A stretch of DNA of 64,000 bases, from the NCBI GenBank assembly GCA_963674945.2, contig CAXXWQ010000003.1, forward strand, positions 2,272,001 to 2,336,000. Reading direction: 5' to 3'. Shown here piece by piece: positions 40,701-50,028 of the stretch (within the stretch, counting starts at the first letter, position 1; every line of letters starts with the position of its first letter). Under the pieces are notes generated by a model. It did not search any database, was not told the DNA's origin, and saw only the letters and a list, made by a program, of their open reading frames with translations. This DNA is from an uncultured Desulfosarcina sp. GTDB taxonomy: Bacteria; Desulfobacterota; Desulfobacteria; Desulfobacterales; Desulfosarcinaceae. Position numbers and translations under genes: made by a program.

Positions 40701-41075
40701 GACGCTGCCATCTTCATCCATGATCTTTGGCCCGATAATTCCAATGCTCTCATTTTTTTCCATGAAACCGATGGCGATTTCGAAAAAATTCTTGGAAATA
40801 AAACAATCCGGATTGATGAGTGTTACGTATTTCGAGTCGCAATATCGAAGTGCCCTATTGATCGCGGCACCAAAGCCGATGTTCTTTTTGTACGTAAACA
40901 GTTTGATTTCCGGGAAACGAGCTTTGGCTCGGGTTACGTCGTCCGTTGATGCATTGTCGACGACGATGATGTTGAGACGGTGATCACGGCTTATATTTCC
41001 AAGGAGGCATTCGATAGAACGAATGAGGCAGTCCGTACTATTGAAATTTACATAGATGATATCCGATAATATCAC
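37725..41075 (-). CDS. Tri-domain glycosyltransferase (GT2 + GT4 + GT4)
   Basis: GT2 (VDNASTD, DWVSGACM, EDTDLC), GT4 (EAFGIVQLEAM) and GT4 (EGTPVSIIEAMA) in one 1116-aa ORF. Confidence 0.9.
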   Translation of the reverse strand: MILSDIIYVNFNSTDCLIRSIECLLGNISRDHRLNIIVVDNASTDDVTRAKARFPEIKLFTYKKNIGFGAAINRALRYCDSKYVTLINPDCFISKNFFEIAIGFMEKNESIGIIGPKIMDEDGSVQGSARSFPTPLTSLFGRKSPLTRIFPNNSITKSNILTWADDNESPREVDWVSGACMVIRRNAIENINGFDEHFFLYWEDTDLCRRVRNKGWKVVYFPFAKATHIVGMSSSTKPIFSKFHFHKSGYRLFEKYATWPYSLLSPFAGVALMLRFLISVLFSFLRLVVERATEADSKHIVKTKISTDKTRVSRNISKMKVLHVYKDFYPPVKGGIESHINLLSTGLMRRGIDVEVLVSNTINRYEKETYNGINIHKAPQLGRFSSAPLTPTFYRYLKRFGESADIIHFHYPNPTAEFSYFLTNLHKKLVVTYHSDIIRQDKLGKIYSPFRKVFLDKADRIISTSPNYIESSAVLNKYKDKCTVIPLGIDIERFRSYEDRFQINEIKRRYGTHPIVLFVGCFRYYKGLHYLLSAMRRINAVLLLIGAGPEESKLRRFVDRNHLGEKIHFLGELPDDDVNAYYQACDIFVLPSHLRSEAFGIVQLEAMCCKKPVISTKLGTGTSFVNLDQKTGIVIRPADDESLSNAIQFLIDNPGKRKSYGESGYKRVKDLFSNDTMVERTLQLYQEITRKPIVKDRQARPHIGKSAGRQIKVLRLVSRMNIGGPAIHVKNLTECLDKSKFDTKLITGSISSHEGDMSYIVNVNEDTLIHIPELQREIEPLKELISLKKVIKTIRSFKPDIVHSHTSKAGTIARIAVILCNFGKKEKIISIHTFHGHILDSYFNIFSTYLFNLIERMLGKYTDRIIAISESQKWELLNLYRISRPEKIVTIKLGFDLQPFLQCYERKYILRKRIGVSDDTILIGIVGRLVPIKNHKMFLDSASLLLKKTKDRKIHFLIIGDGELRQSLEKYAIENDLADHVIFYGWEKNIPMIYADLDILALTSLNEGTPVSIIEAMAASVPVVTTDVGGIKDLLGVHQPDQPVRSAFRICKRGIMCPKDDAVTFCNALMYMIESGYLNDRKRFDKAKRYVVENYSIARLVEDIEGLYNRLMMIAD

Positions 41076-42040
41076 GTATCACTTCCTTTTTTATTGGGCA
41101 CGAGATTTTTGTCCAATGCATCCCAGATTGTTTTTGCCCCGACACTGCGATTTCTTTGTATATTTGTTCGTTTCTTCATCACCTCCGGTAATCCCCGTAT
41201 GGCATCCATCTTGGACCGGAGAATCACGCCACCCTGTCCCCTGTTCAAAAAATAGAAGATTGTAACGATATTCAAAATCAGATGTATTGGCAGAAGGAGC
41301 CATAACAAGCTGCCAGGCATGTTCTTGAAAAATGTCCAAACCAGATTGCGGTGGCCATAATAAACGGTAAAATCACTATGTCTGCCACCGGTTGTTGCCG
41401 AACCGGCATGATAAACAACCGCGTCCGGAACATATTTTGCCGAATAACCCATAAGGCGGAGCCGAAAGCCCAAATCGATATCCTCGGAATAACAGAAATA
41501 CATCTCATCGAAACCGCCTATGGAACGAATTGCATCGCGTCGATACATGGCGGCAGCGGCACATGGTGAAAAAATCTCACGTTCTTCGATATCACCGGGG
41601 GTCTGATGCTGGCCATGCCGATGGCGCCACACGAGGCCGGTCAGATGGTAGCAATCTCCGATTCCATCGATTGTATTTTTGTTGTCATAAGACAACTGCC
41701 TGGAGCCAAAGGCTGCTGTGGTGGGATATTTCTCGGCGGCCCGCAGCATATTTTCAATCCAATGGGGTTCTGCGAATGCATCGGGATTGATAAGGGCAAC
41801 GAATGTCGAATCGCATTTGGAAAGTGCATGGTTGTTGGCGCCGGCAAATCCAATATTGGTTTTCAATTTTAAAATGGAAATTCGGTCCGATGCGATGCCG
41901 ATTTCCAAAGAATGATCAGAACTGTTGTTATCGACGACAATAATTCTTTCAGGTAAACGGGTTTGCATCAATAAATGTTGAATGCATTTATGCAGCAGAT
42001 CTCCACTATTCCAATTAACAATGATAATGTTGATGGACAT
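41072..42040 (-). CDS. Glycosyltransferase family 2
   Basis: VDNNSSD, INPDA, GGFDE...EDIDL. Confidence 0.9.
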   Translation of the reverse strand: MSINIIIVNWNSGDLLHKCIQHLLMQTRLPERIIVVDNNSSDHSLEIGIASDRISILKLKTNIGFAGANNHALSKCDSTFVALINPDAFAEPHWIENMLRAAEKYPTTAAFGSRQLSYDNKNTIDGIGDCYHLTGLVWRHRHGQHQTPGDIEEREIFSPCAAAAMYRRDAIRSIGGFDEMYFCYSEDIDLGFRLRLMGYSAKYVPDAVVYHAGSATTGGRHSDFTVYYGHRNLVWTFFKNMPGSLLWLLLPIHLILNIVTIFYFLNRGQGGVILRSKMDAIRGLPEVMKKRTNIQRNRSVGAKTIWDALDKNLVPNKKGSDT

Positions 42041-42063
42041 ACTGTAGTATCATGACAGAAAAA

Positions 42064-43488
42064 TTATCGCCGAATCGCTGAGCTGTTAATTTTTCCTTTT
42101 ACCATATTGTAAAGTATTCCAAGTGATAAAAATGATATCCATGCAATTGGATGCAAATATCGAATGCTTGTCAACTGAGAAAACATCGCGATAATCATCA
42201 GTTGAGCAAGATGCAGAAAAAAGATGAAATATATGAAAAAATTTTGGGGACGCATAATAATTACTCCCAAAAAAAGAATTATGGGAAAAACTAGAAGAAA
42301 CTGGTACCATAGTATCGCTTTTTGAAAGTAAGCTCCGGTAATCGAGGATTTGTTGGGGTAAGGATCCAAAGACAGACAATATGCCTCTGAGATTTTGTTC
42401 AATGTCTTTTCGTTGAGAGGTATGTTTAAACCACGATGTCTCACTGCCGCTTTGTTGAGCGACGAATTTTTTAAATAATCCAAATAAGTAGCTGCGCCGA
42501 TTTTAATTATTCCAACAGGATCGTGGAGTAACAGATATTTTGCAGCTCTCATGGAAAATTGGTTGGCTTCATCCCTGTTTTCAAATTTTTTAATCAACGA
42601 CTTAATTAAACATCCGGGCAACCAGCGTTGTGAATTGCGAGCTTGTATATTACCTATCTCGCATTTTGAGTTGTTGATTATTTCTCTTAAATCAGGACCA
42701 AAAGGGATCGTGTTCGTTTCTAACAAGGGCGCCCAAGCAGATAGTAAGGCAAAACCTGTTGCGGAATAATTTGGAAGTTTGCCATATCTGGTTTGGATTG
42801 TCTTGGCAGTGGAAAATAGAAAAGGAATTGTAAAAAATACAACAAACCAAAAGGAAAATATTTTGAGCAAACGATGTAGCCTATTCGCTTGAATTTGACT
42901 ATTTTTGTGTGTTCGAATTATTGTTGCTGTTACGTGAATTGATGCCAAGAATAATCCGAGCAAATATATTGGAATGAACACCATCCTTAGTTTAATCATT
43001 AAAAAACCACTGATAATCGATAAAACCAGATGGCTCAGCTTAACCGTAGAAACATAATGAAGTAAAAAATATACAAAAAGCACAAAAAACAAAAGTGAGA
43101 AGGTTTCAGTCATGACATTGCGTTCGTAAAAAAGCTGTATCGGTTCAATTGAACAAAGAACTGCAATGAATCCGTATTCCCAAAAATTCAATTCAAAATA
43201 CCTTTTTAGAATAGCCGATAACACGATGCAGGTGCTTGCACTTGCTAAAACCTGGAGAAATAGAAGGGGTATGAGAGAATGGCCAAAAAAAGTAACGGCA
43301 GCTATGAGTATCCCATAGAAATACGAACGATCTGGAGGCGCCGATCCAGTGAGAGCCGTATGAATGTAGCTCAAAGAGTCTCCTTGAAACAACATCACGT
43401 TCGGGTCAATTATGAAAAAGAAAAACTTTATGGAAAAAATAAAAAAAACAAGTATTCCCCAATATTTATTGTCGTTACACGGAAGCAA
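42064..43488 (-). CDS. Multi-pass membrane protein, putative GT-C (GtrC/ArnT-like) glycosyltransferase
   Basis: Many TMs; acidic first-loop motif GDSLSY followed by DRSYFY; MTET; a large periplasmic loop; RYLHP near the C-terminus. Confidence 0.6.
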   Translation of the reverse strand: MLPCNDNKYWGILVFFIFSIKFFFFIIDPNVMLFQGDSLSYIHTALTGSAPPDRSYFYGILIAAVTFFGHSLIPLLFLQVLASASTCIVLSAILKRYFELNFWEYGFIAVLCSIEPIQLFYERNVMTETFSLLFFVLFVYFLLHYVSTVKLSHLVLSIISGFLMIKLRMVFIPIYLLGLFLASIHVTATIIRTHKNSQIQANRLHRLLKIFSFWFVVFFTIPFLFSTAKTIQTRYGKLPNYSATGFALLSAWAPLLETNTIPFGPDLREIINNSKCEIGNIQARNSQRWLPGCLIKSLIKKFENRDEANQFSMRAAKYLLLHDPVGIIKIGAATYLDYLKNSSLNKAAVRHRGLNIPLNEKTLNKISEAYCLSLDPYPNKSSITGAYFQKAILWYQFLLVFPIILFLGVIIMRPQNFFIYFIFFLHLAQLMIIAMFSQLTSIRYLHPIAWISFLSLGILYNMVKGKINSSAIRR

Positions 43489-43512
43489 TCGCAGATCCTA
43501 TAATTTGGATGT

Positions 43513-43926
43513 TTATTGTTTCTCGGAGAAATTAAAGATATTTCTAAAAACAAAAAACCTTGCCATAGTAGTAATGCTGAGGATAATAAAAAGAGATAAA
43601 ATATAATATACGCCGAGGACTCGAAACATAAGGAGAAAACCGAGATAGTCAATCAACCGGAAGAGACCGTTCGTTAATAAAAACCTGACATATTCTTTTA
43701 ATAGCGGGCCGCTGCTCCGAAAAACGAAACAGCGGACGTTGAAAAAATTTACATGGAAAACGACGATAAAAACCAAAGCAACCGCAATTTCTTCTTTAAC
43801 GTGCAGTCCATCAACGAAGATAATAGGCAGCCCCATAGATAACAATGCACTGATACCGCTCGTGAAAACAAAACGAGTGGCAGAATTCTTTTTTATTGCT
43901 TTGAATAGTCCGGTGGCAAAGTGCAT
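43513..43926 (-). CDS. GtrA-family small flippase
   Basis: 137 aa, 4 TMs; RFVFTSG...NFFNVRCFVFR...RFFVFR pattern. Confidence 0.75.
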   Translation of the reverse strand: MHFATGLFKAIKKNSATRFVFTSGISALLSMGLPIIFVDGLHVKEEIAVALVFIVVFHVNFFNVRCFVFRSSGPLLKEYVRFLLTNGLFRLIDYLGFLLMFRVLGVYYILSLFIILSITTMARFFVFRNIFNFSEKQ

Positions 43927-43993
43927 GTATCATCTATGAAACATCATATAAAAACAGATATTCATCCTGCTTTTATCCATGTCTGTAACACTT

Positions 43994-45040
43994 TTATTTT
44001 CCACGAAGCCAGGTTGTTGTCAGTACATAAAAAAAACGAAAAGCGTAAAGAAGTTCATGCCCTTTTTTACTCTTGCCACTGATGCGCCGTCTAAAGACAA
44101 TCGGTCTTTCGTCGATCTTTAATTTTTTCTTTGCTGATAATATCAGAAACTCTGAGGTATGATATTGATCCTGAAAAAGGCGCAGGCTTTTCAATGATTC
44201 AGTTCTGATGGCTCTGTATCCACTGGAACAATCCGTTATTTTCGTGCCCATCAGCAGGTTTATCAATCGACTGAACAAGATGACACCAAGATGGCGCCAC
44301 CAGTGAGTGATTTCATGTTTTCCTAAAATTCTTGAGCCAATGATGACATCTGCCTCATTTTCTATCACTGGTTGTACTAGGTCCGGTACAACTTCGGGGT
44401 CGTTTTGGCCATCAGCGTCAATGGTTACGACAACAGCAGATTCAGTGATAACTGCAATATCAAAGCCAGTGCGCAAGGCAGCACCGCCACCCCGGTTAAC
44501 AGGCACCTTGGCCAGCAGACATCCGGCCGCCTTTACAACCAATGACGTATTATCGGTGCTTCCATCATCAACAACAAGAACATTTATTGGAACTCCATTG
44601 GCATCTTTGGGAAATCTACGCAAAACCTTTTTTAAGTTATATTCTTCATTAAGTGCAGGGATAATGCAAAGTATCGTATTCTTTAAATTGGACGTGTTGT
44701 GTTCTAAAAACTCACTGACGACCGAATTTCTGATGTATCGGTCAAACTGACGATTTAATTTTGTTATTCTGTTAAAGAGAATTATGATAAGAACCCAGAA
44801 AATGATGAAACCGATCATCAAGAGAGCTATAAGTCTGCTACCAGTGAATTTACCTATGGCGAGAATGTCGCTTAATATTTGCGCAATGTTTGGAAAAATG
44901 GCGACAAGTCCAATGATAAAGCCTGTAAAGAGAATACTCAGAGGAAAAAGGGATTCTTCACGCTCTATTCTGAGCGAGCGGCCGCCGACGATAAAAAAAG
45001 CAAGCGAAACAAAAATACCAACAAATTGTAGTTGAGACAT
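43994..45040 (-). CDS. DUF2304-like membrane domain fused to a DPM1/GtrB-type polyprenyl-phosphate glycosyltransferase (GT2)
   Basis: Three N-terminal TMs; IPALNEE, VDDGSTD, NRGGGAA, IDADGQ, IGSR, TDCSSGYRA. Confidence 0.85.
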   Translation of the reverse strand: MSQLQFVGIFVSLAFFIVGGRSLRIEREESLFPLSILFTGFIIGLVAIFPNIAQILSDILAIGKFTGSRLIALLMIGFIIFWVLIIILFNRITKLNRQFDRYIRNSVVSEFLEHNTSNLKNTILCIIPALNEEYNLKKVLRRFPKDANGVPINVLVVDDGSTDNTSLVVKAAGCLLAKVPVNRGGGAALRTGFDIAVITESAVVVTIDADGQNDPEVVPDLVQPVIENEADVIIGSRILGKHEITHWWRHLGVILFSRLINLLMGTKITDCSSGYRAIRTESLKSLRLFQDQYHTSEFLILSAKKKLKIDERPIVFRRRISGKSKKGHELLYAFRFFYVLTTTWLRGK

Positions 45041-45081
45041 AATGTCAATCCTAAGAAAACAATCGATTGTTATATATAATA

Positions 45082-46858
45082 CCTGAATTTTGCACCAACA
45101 ATTTAACCAAGTCTGGATACCACCTGGGAACCCTTGCTACAATGGGGGTTACGACACCAACCCATAAAAGCAGGAGGTACCCAGATGGTAAAATCCAAGA
45201 AATCAAATTTCCGGAAAAACCGCAACCCTAAAGGATTTAGAAAAAACGGCGCCAAGGCCAAGAAAATCAACGCTTCAACCGCTTACGATACCTGTAGCGA
45301 GCAATTGAGCCCATTTGGCGGGCTTTTACCGCTGATCAAATTTTTGGACTTGGTCGAATTTCAGAAATTATTTGACTTCGCATATAAACCGCCCACGCGT
45401 AAACCTAAGCTGGGCCACTATTCAATGGTGGTCGGCTTGCTGATGCTACTGTTTATAGGGTTTAACCGAATCTGGCACTTTTCCTATCTGCGCCTGGACG
45501 CCATGCTGTGCGGATTTTTCAAACTCACGCGTCTGCCGGTGGCCAGCACCTTCTGGCGCTATGTCGATAGCCTGGGCATCAACCAGGCCCATGCGCTGCT
45601 GCATTTGATGGCCCTGTTGCGCAATCGGGTCTGGCAGCTTTGCGATATCTCCTATTACCGCATCTGCCTGGATATCGATACTACGGTGGAGACCGTGTTT
45701 GGCAATCAACAAGGTGCGCTAAAGGGTCACAACCCACGCAATCGGGGTAAAAAAGGATACCGGCCGGTGTTATGTTTCATCGAACAAAGCCGCGAGTATT
45801 TGCTGGGCAAGCTTCGCAGGGGCGAAACCATCAGCGGCAAACAAACCGCAGCGTTCATCGCTAAAATAAAAAGATACCTTCCCGATTGCGTTAACCAGGT
45901 GTTGATTCGCGCAGATGCGGAATTTCAAAGCTGGCATAGCATTCATGAATGTCTCAAGGCTGGTTACAATTTTATCATCGCCAACAAGAAATGTGAGCCG
46001 CCATTTGATCCCAACGGGTGGTACCGGCCGCATCGGCGAAAACCCTATGAATTCAACAGCTGTATCTACCAGCCGACGGGGTGGCTGCAGCCCGTTCGGT
46101 TTGTGGCCATGCGAATCCCCAAGCAAGATAAGGTTGTCAAAGACCAATACGTGCAGTGTGAACTGTTTGAAGTCGACCGTTATGAATACCGCATCTTTTG
46201 TACCAATCTTGGCCGTAAGGCCCATAAGGTCATCGCCGAGTATGACAAACGAGCCGATGTTGAAAACCTCGTGGGGGAGGCCAAACGCGAAGGCCTGGAT
46301 GCGATTCCGTCATCGCGCTTTAAAAACAACTATGCTTATTTTCAAATCGTCATGCTGGCCTACAATATCTGGCGCTATTTGAAGATGATCGCCGAGTTGA
46401 GTGCTAAAACTGAACCGCCGGTAGAAAAAAGCGAGCAGCGCCATGGCTTCTCAGGTATTGAAACCAATACGGTGCGCATAGCGCGGCTGCGCCTGTTGAT
46501 CATTGCAGCCAAAGTAGTAATGTCATCAAATAAAGACAAAGTTCGTTACTCGATCCAGGACAGCCGAACGCCAGCATTGATGTCTTTTCTAAAATACCTG
46601 GATAAAAAAAGATCGCAGCCCAAACCATGGGCCGGTAGCATACTCCAGACTGCTATCGGTTAGCCATGCAGTTGATGCAAAAAATTTCTTGCATAAAAAT
46701 ATCATGATTGATCTTAAATACATACTGTATAAGTTGCCAAGGCGTTTTACTGCAACATGTTCTCAGCGCCACCATTGACTGTAGCCTCGGAAATTGGGAG
46801 CGAATCTAAAAAAATCGCGGACATTGGCCGCTATGGCCGTATGCGTGCAAAATTCAGG
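45082..46858 (+). mobile_element. Intact IS1380-family insertion sequence (1777 bp)
   Basis: Perfect 14-bp TIRs CCTGAATTTTGCAC (45082-45095) / GTGCAAAATTCAGG (46845-46858); 5-bp target duplication TAATA at 45077-45081 and 46859-46863; one DDE transposase ORF. Confidence 0.93.
45185..46663 (+). CDS. IS1380-family DDE transposase
   Basis: LSPFGGL, LDIDTT, GYRP, IRADAEF, YDKRADVENLVGEAK; GGAGG RBS before ATG 45185. Confidence 0.9.
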   Translation: MVKSKKSNFRKNRNPKGFRKNGAKAKKINASTAYDTCSEQLSPFGGLLPLIKFLDLVEFQKLFDFAYKPPTRKPKLGHYSMVVGLLMLLFIGFNRIWHFSYLRLDAMLCGFFKLTRLPVASTFWRYVDSLGINQAHALLHLMALLRNRVWQLCDISYYRICLDIDTTVETVFGNQQGALKGHNPRNRGKKGYRPVLCFIEQSREYLLGKLRRGETISGKQTAAFIAKIKRYLPDCVNQVLIRADAEFQSWHSIHECLKAGYNFIIANKKCEPPFDPNGWYRPHRRKPYEFNSCIYQPTGWLQPVRFVAMRIPKQDKVVKDQYVQCELFEVDRYEYRIFCTNLGRKAHKVIAEYDKRADVENLVGEAKREGLDAIPSSRFKNNYAYFQIVMLAYNIWRYLKMIAELSAKTEPPVEKSEQRHGFSGIETNTVRIARLRLLIIAAKVVMSSNKDKVRYSIQDSRTPALMSFLKYLDKKRSQPKPWAGSILQTAIG

Positions 46859-46911
46859 TAATAACTATAGGTTATATAAGAGCCTTCTTGGATATATTAA
46901 TTCGTTTGCCC

Positions 46912-48120
46912 TCAATTCACTGGAGATGCTGATCCAATGAAATCAACGGACATGTCAGACCTCCAGGTAGATGTGCATATTACTTTTTTGAGATCGCAGC
47001 GTTCTTTATATTTTTTTGCAATATCCATTACTTCAGTCAATAATCCGTCATCAAGGGTGATAGGGTTCAAACCCAGATTAAGAAAACTATCCTTGTTAAA
47101 CCGAAGTTCATTTTCTGCATCTTCATTCCTTGGGTTTTTATAATATCGAATTTTGGCACCCGTGATCTTGGCGATTTTCGATGATAGTTCTTTGATATTA
47201 TGGCATTCGGTTGTTTGATTAAATATTTTTACGCGCTGGCTTTTTTCCGGAGGATTTTCTACGGCAAGCTTTATACAATTAACAGTATCTTTTATGTGAA
47301 TAAAGGCTCTGGTTTGTCCTCCTGTTCCATGAATCGTTAACGGATGGCCGACAGCGGCTTGCATGAGAAAGCGGTTAAGGACAGTCCCATAATCACCATC
47401 ATAGTCAAAACGGTTGATTAATCTTTCGTCAAGCAAGGTTTCCGAGGTGTTTGTACCCCAGACAATTCCCTGATGGAGGTCCGTAATGCGAACTTGGTCG
47501 TTTTTGTTGTAGTAATAGAAAAAAAGCGCATCCTGGGTTTTGGTCATATGGTAAATGCTTCCTGGGTTCGCGGGATACATTATTTCGAGCTCAGTTTCCT
47601 TGCCATCCACATCAACCTTAACCCTGAGGTATCCTTCGGGTATTTCCATCCCGGCGGTTCCATATCCATAAACCCCGGTTGTGCCAAGATGAATCATGTG
47701 AATATCCAGTCCAGATTCGACAATGGCACAAAGAATATTGTGGGTCGCACTTAAATTGTTATTGACGGTGTATCTCTTATGATAGGCGGATTTCATGGAG
47801 TAAGGCGCAGCGCGCTGTTCTGCGAAATGAATCACCGCCATTGGCTTTATTTCTTTGAATAAGGTTAAAATTCGATGATAATGTTCCGACACATCAATGA
47901 ATTTAAAATGTATTTTTTTTCCGGTTATTTCTTCCCAGCACTGAAGGCGTTTGCTGATCGGCTGAATTGGGGTCAATGAACTGCATTCAAGCTCAATATC
48001 AATCTTACGCCTTACGAGATTATCGACAATCGTCACATCATATCCATTCTTGGATAGATACAGGGCCGTCGGCCAACCACAAAATCCGTCACCACCAAAG
48101 ACAATCACGCTTTTTTTCAT
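46912..48120 (-). CDS. sqdB: UDP-sulfoquinovose synthase
   Basis: GGDGFCGWPTAL, HFAEQRAAPYSM, PGSIYHMTK, DLHQGIVWG and RFDYDGDYGTVLNRF are SqdB/SQD1 signatures. Confidence 0.93.
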   Translation of the reverse strand: MKKSVIVFGGDGFCGWPTALYLSKNGYDVTIVDNLVRRKIDIELECSSLTPIQPISKRLQCWEEITGKKIHFKFIDVSEHYHRILTLFKEIKPMAVIHFAEQRAAPYSMKSAYHKRYTVNNNLSATHNILCAIVESGLDIHMIHLGTTGVYGYGTAGMEIPEGYLRVKVDVDGKETELEIMYPANPGSIYHMTKTQDALFFYYYNKNDQVRITDLHQGIVWGTNTSETLLDERLINRFDYDGDYGTVLNRFLMQAAVGHPLTIHGTGGQTRAFIHIKDTVNCIKLAVENPPEKSQRVKIFNQTTECHNIKELSSKIAKITGAKIRYYKNPRNEDAENELRFNKDSFLNLGLNPITLDDGLLTEVMDIAKKYKERCDLKKVICTSTWRSDMSVDFIGSASPVN

Positions 48121-48230
48121 TTTATCTCCAAATTTTTCGAGCCGTTTTCTTGATCAGGCGTTAATGTGCTGAAATAAGATACCCTTTATGCAACAACATG
48201 AAAAAAACAGTTGACAATATTGTTGTCGTA

Positions 48231-49121
48231 CTAACCTGCGGAAAGGCGTACACACCGATTCCTAAATTCTTTCAATTCTTTTTCTAAATCATCAAACACG
48301 CGTAACCTATGAAGAAATTTTTTTCTTGCATAGTCATACAATTTTAAATCAAGTCTATTTCTTTCCGAAAGGAGTGCAAAAATTTTATTTCCAACATCGT
48401 TTTTCATTTTTTCAATGCGGATCTCCAAGGGTTCTGTATTGGTCTGGCCGATGTTTTGTTTTACATAGGAAAGATCCATAAAAGGGAAATATTCGCGTAA
48501 CGTTTTCTCGAAGAGAATCATGCTTTCATCAAAAAACTCGACGAATCCGAATAGCGCCGTGCCATCTATATAAGCCTTGGATCGGGACAGGTTCTTTTCA
48601 TCCATCTCTCTTCGCCAGTCAACTGATGGCGATTGGCTTTTAAAAACGTGGAAATTGCGGATTGATGGCGGAACATCATGCTTCATCCGCCATTCCACAT
48701 ATTCACAAAGGGAGTGATCCCGTGCAAAACGGGCGCCCAGCGTGTCAGATTCGGTCTGCCGTCTTTCAAATCGATAGACCGAGCGTACCCGCTCGAGGGG
48801 GTGCCGAAACATCATGATCGTATAAAAGCCGACATCGTCTATCGTTGGTAACGGGAGTCGAAGATGATGGGAAGACAGCGCTGCGATTTCTGGGTTCTCT
48901 GTCAGGTAAGGCCCCAAATAGTCAGCACCTCGCATCATCTTTTCATCGTCGCGGTGATCGATGAACTTTTCTTGGAAATTTTTCGCCAGTGCCCAGTCGA
49001 TGGTCGTTCCCGCATTCTTGAACAGGTGATTGTGGATGATTACCTTTCTATTATCACTTCGCGGCAAAGACGTGGAGCTACCCATGGTCTTAAGCTTTTG
49101 TATCAATGATCGCCAGCCCAT
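48231..49121 (-). CDS. Sulfotransferase family protein
   Basis: 5'-PSB-like HNHLFKNAGTT and 3'-PB-like FRHPLERVRSVY motifs; N-x-LD-x-x-LY near the C-terminus. Confidence 0.8.
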   Translation of the reverse strand: MGWRSLIQKLKTMGSSTSLPRSDNRKVIIHNHLFKNAGTTIDWALAKNFQEKFIDHRDDEKMMRGADYLGPYLTENPEIAALSSHHLRLPLPTIDDVGFYTIMMFRHPLERVRSVYRFERRQTESDTLGARFARDHSLCEYVEWRMKHDVPPSIRNFHVFKSQSPSVDWRREMDEKNLSRSKAYIDGTALFGFVEFFDESMILFEKTLREYFPFMDLSYVKQNIGQTNTEPLEIRIEKMKNDVGNKIFALLSERNRLDLKLYDYARKKFLHRLRVFDDLEKELKEFRNRCVRLSAG

Positions 49122-50011
49122 TATATCGCATCCTCGTTTGCATCGTATATGCGATAATAGGTCTCTACGATTTCGAGGCCGCCGAACCTTTTGTTTTTGC
49201 CGGTTTCGGTACCTTCTTTATCAATCTTGACGACTTCCACCCCGCACCAACTGTCCGCCACAGGGGGATCCAGGCCGAGTTCATGGACCACCCACGGGTT
49301 TACCGGGGGGCAAAATTGTCCCAGCGGTTCGAAGTCATCGGAAGAATGGTTCCGGTCATTTGGTATCCTGGCCCAATGCAGCAGATTTTTGGCTGTTTCT
49401 GATAATAGTTCGGCCACCGGGTGGTTAAAGGTAAAGAATAACCTTCGATCACTTTGATTTTTCGCGATATAATCTGCAATTTCGATATCGCAATCCGATT
49501 CCCGCATTCGCAACTCTGACAAAGAGGCTTCCGGAATCTTACCATATTGCTCGCGGTTGTATTCGATGTCCAAGTGGCGCCGCAAGGCCTCTGCCGGCTT
49601 GATTCCTTCTTTCCACCCTTCGAGAATGGTCTGATTGTGATAATCGCCCAAAGGCCCCCGTAAGGGGGATCGATTTGCATTCCTGATATAAGTCAGCTCC
49701 GGATTGTATCCCCTGAAGAAGATGTTGGGCCAGACGACGACCTTGTTGCCCCAGTTTGCTTTCAGTTCCTTGCTGCGAACGAAGGTGCATGGGTAGTTGT
49801 CCATTACTCGTTGTGCGAAAATCCAGTCGGCACTGAGAAAATGCTTTGCGTAGGTGTCTGTCTCCTCATTTTTCAATAAATGAACAATTCCTATGGCCGT
49901 AACCTTGACTCTTCCTGAGATAGCGGTCAGTTTCTGAGCAAGTGGACGCGCCTGGCAATTTCCGATGACCACCACATTGATTTTGTTTTTTTTCTTCCAG
50001 AAACGGAACAC
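49121..50011 (-). CDS. WcbI-family polysaccharide biosynthesis protein (putative acetyltransferase)
   Basis: IGNCQA, FFRGYNP, DYH, LFFTFNHP. Confidence 0.78.
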   Translation of the reverse strand: MFRFWKKKNKINVVVIGNCQARPLAQKLTAISGRVKVTAIGIVHLLKNEETDTYAKHFLSADWIFAQRVMDNYPCTFVRSKELKANWGNKVVVWPNIFFRGYNPELTYIRNANRSPLRGPLGDYHNQTILEGWKEGIKPAEALRRHLDIEYNREQYGKIPEASLSELRMRESDCDIEIADYIAKNQSDRRLFFTFNHPVAELLSETAKNLLHWARIPNDRNHSSDDFEPLGQFCPPVNPWVVHELGLDPPVADSWCGVEVVKIDKEGTETGKNKRFGGLEIVETYYRIYDANEDAI

Positions 50012-50028
50012 TCTCGAATTTCCCGTCC

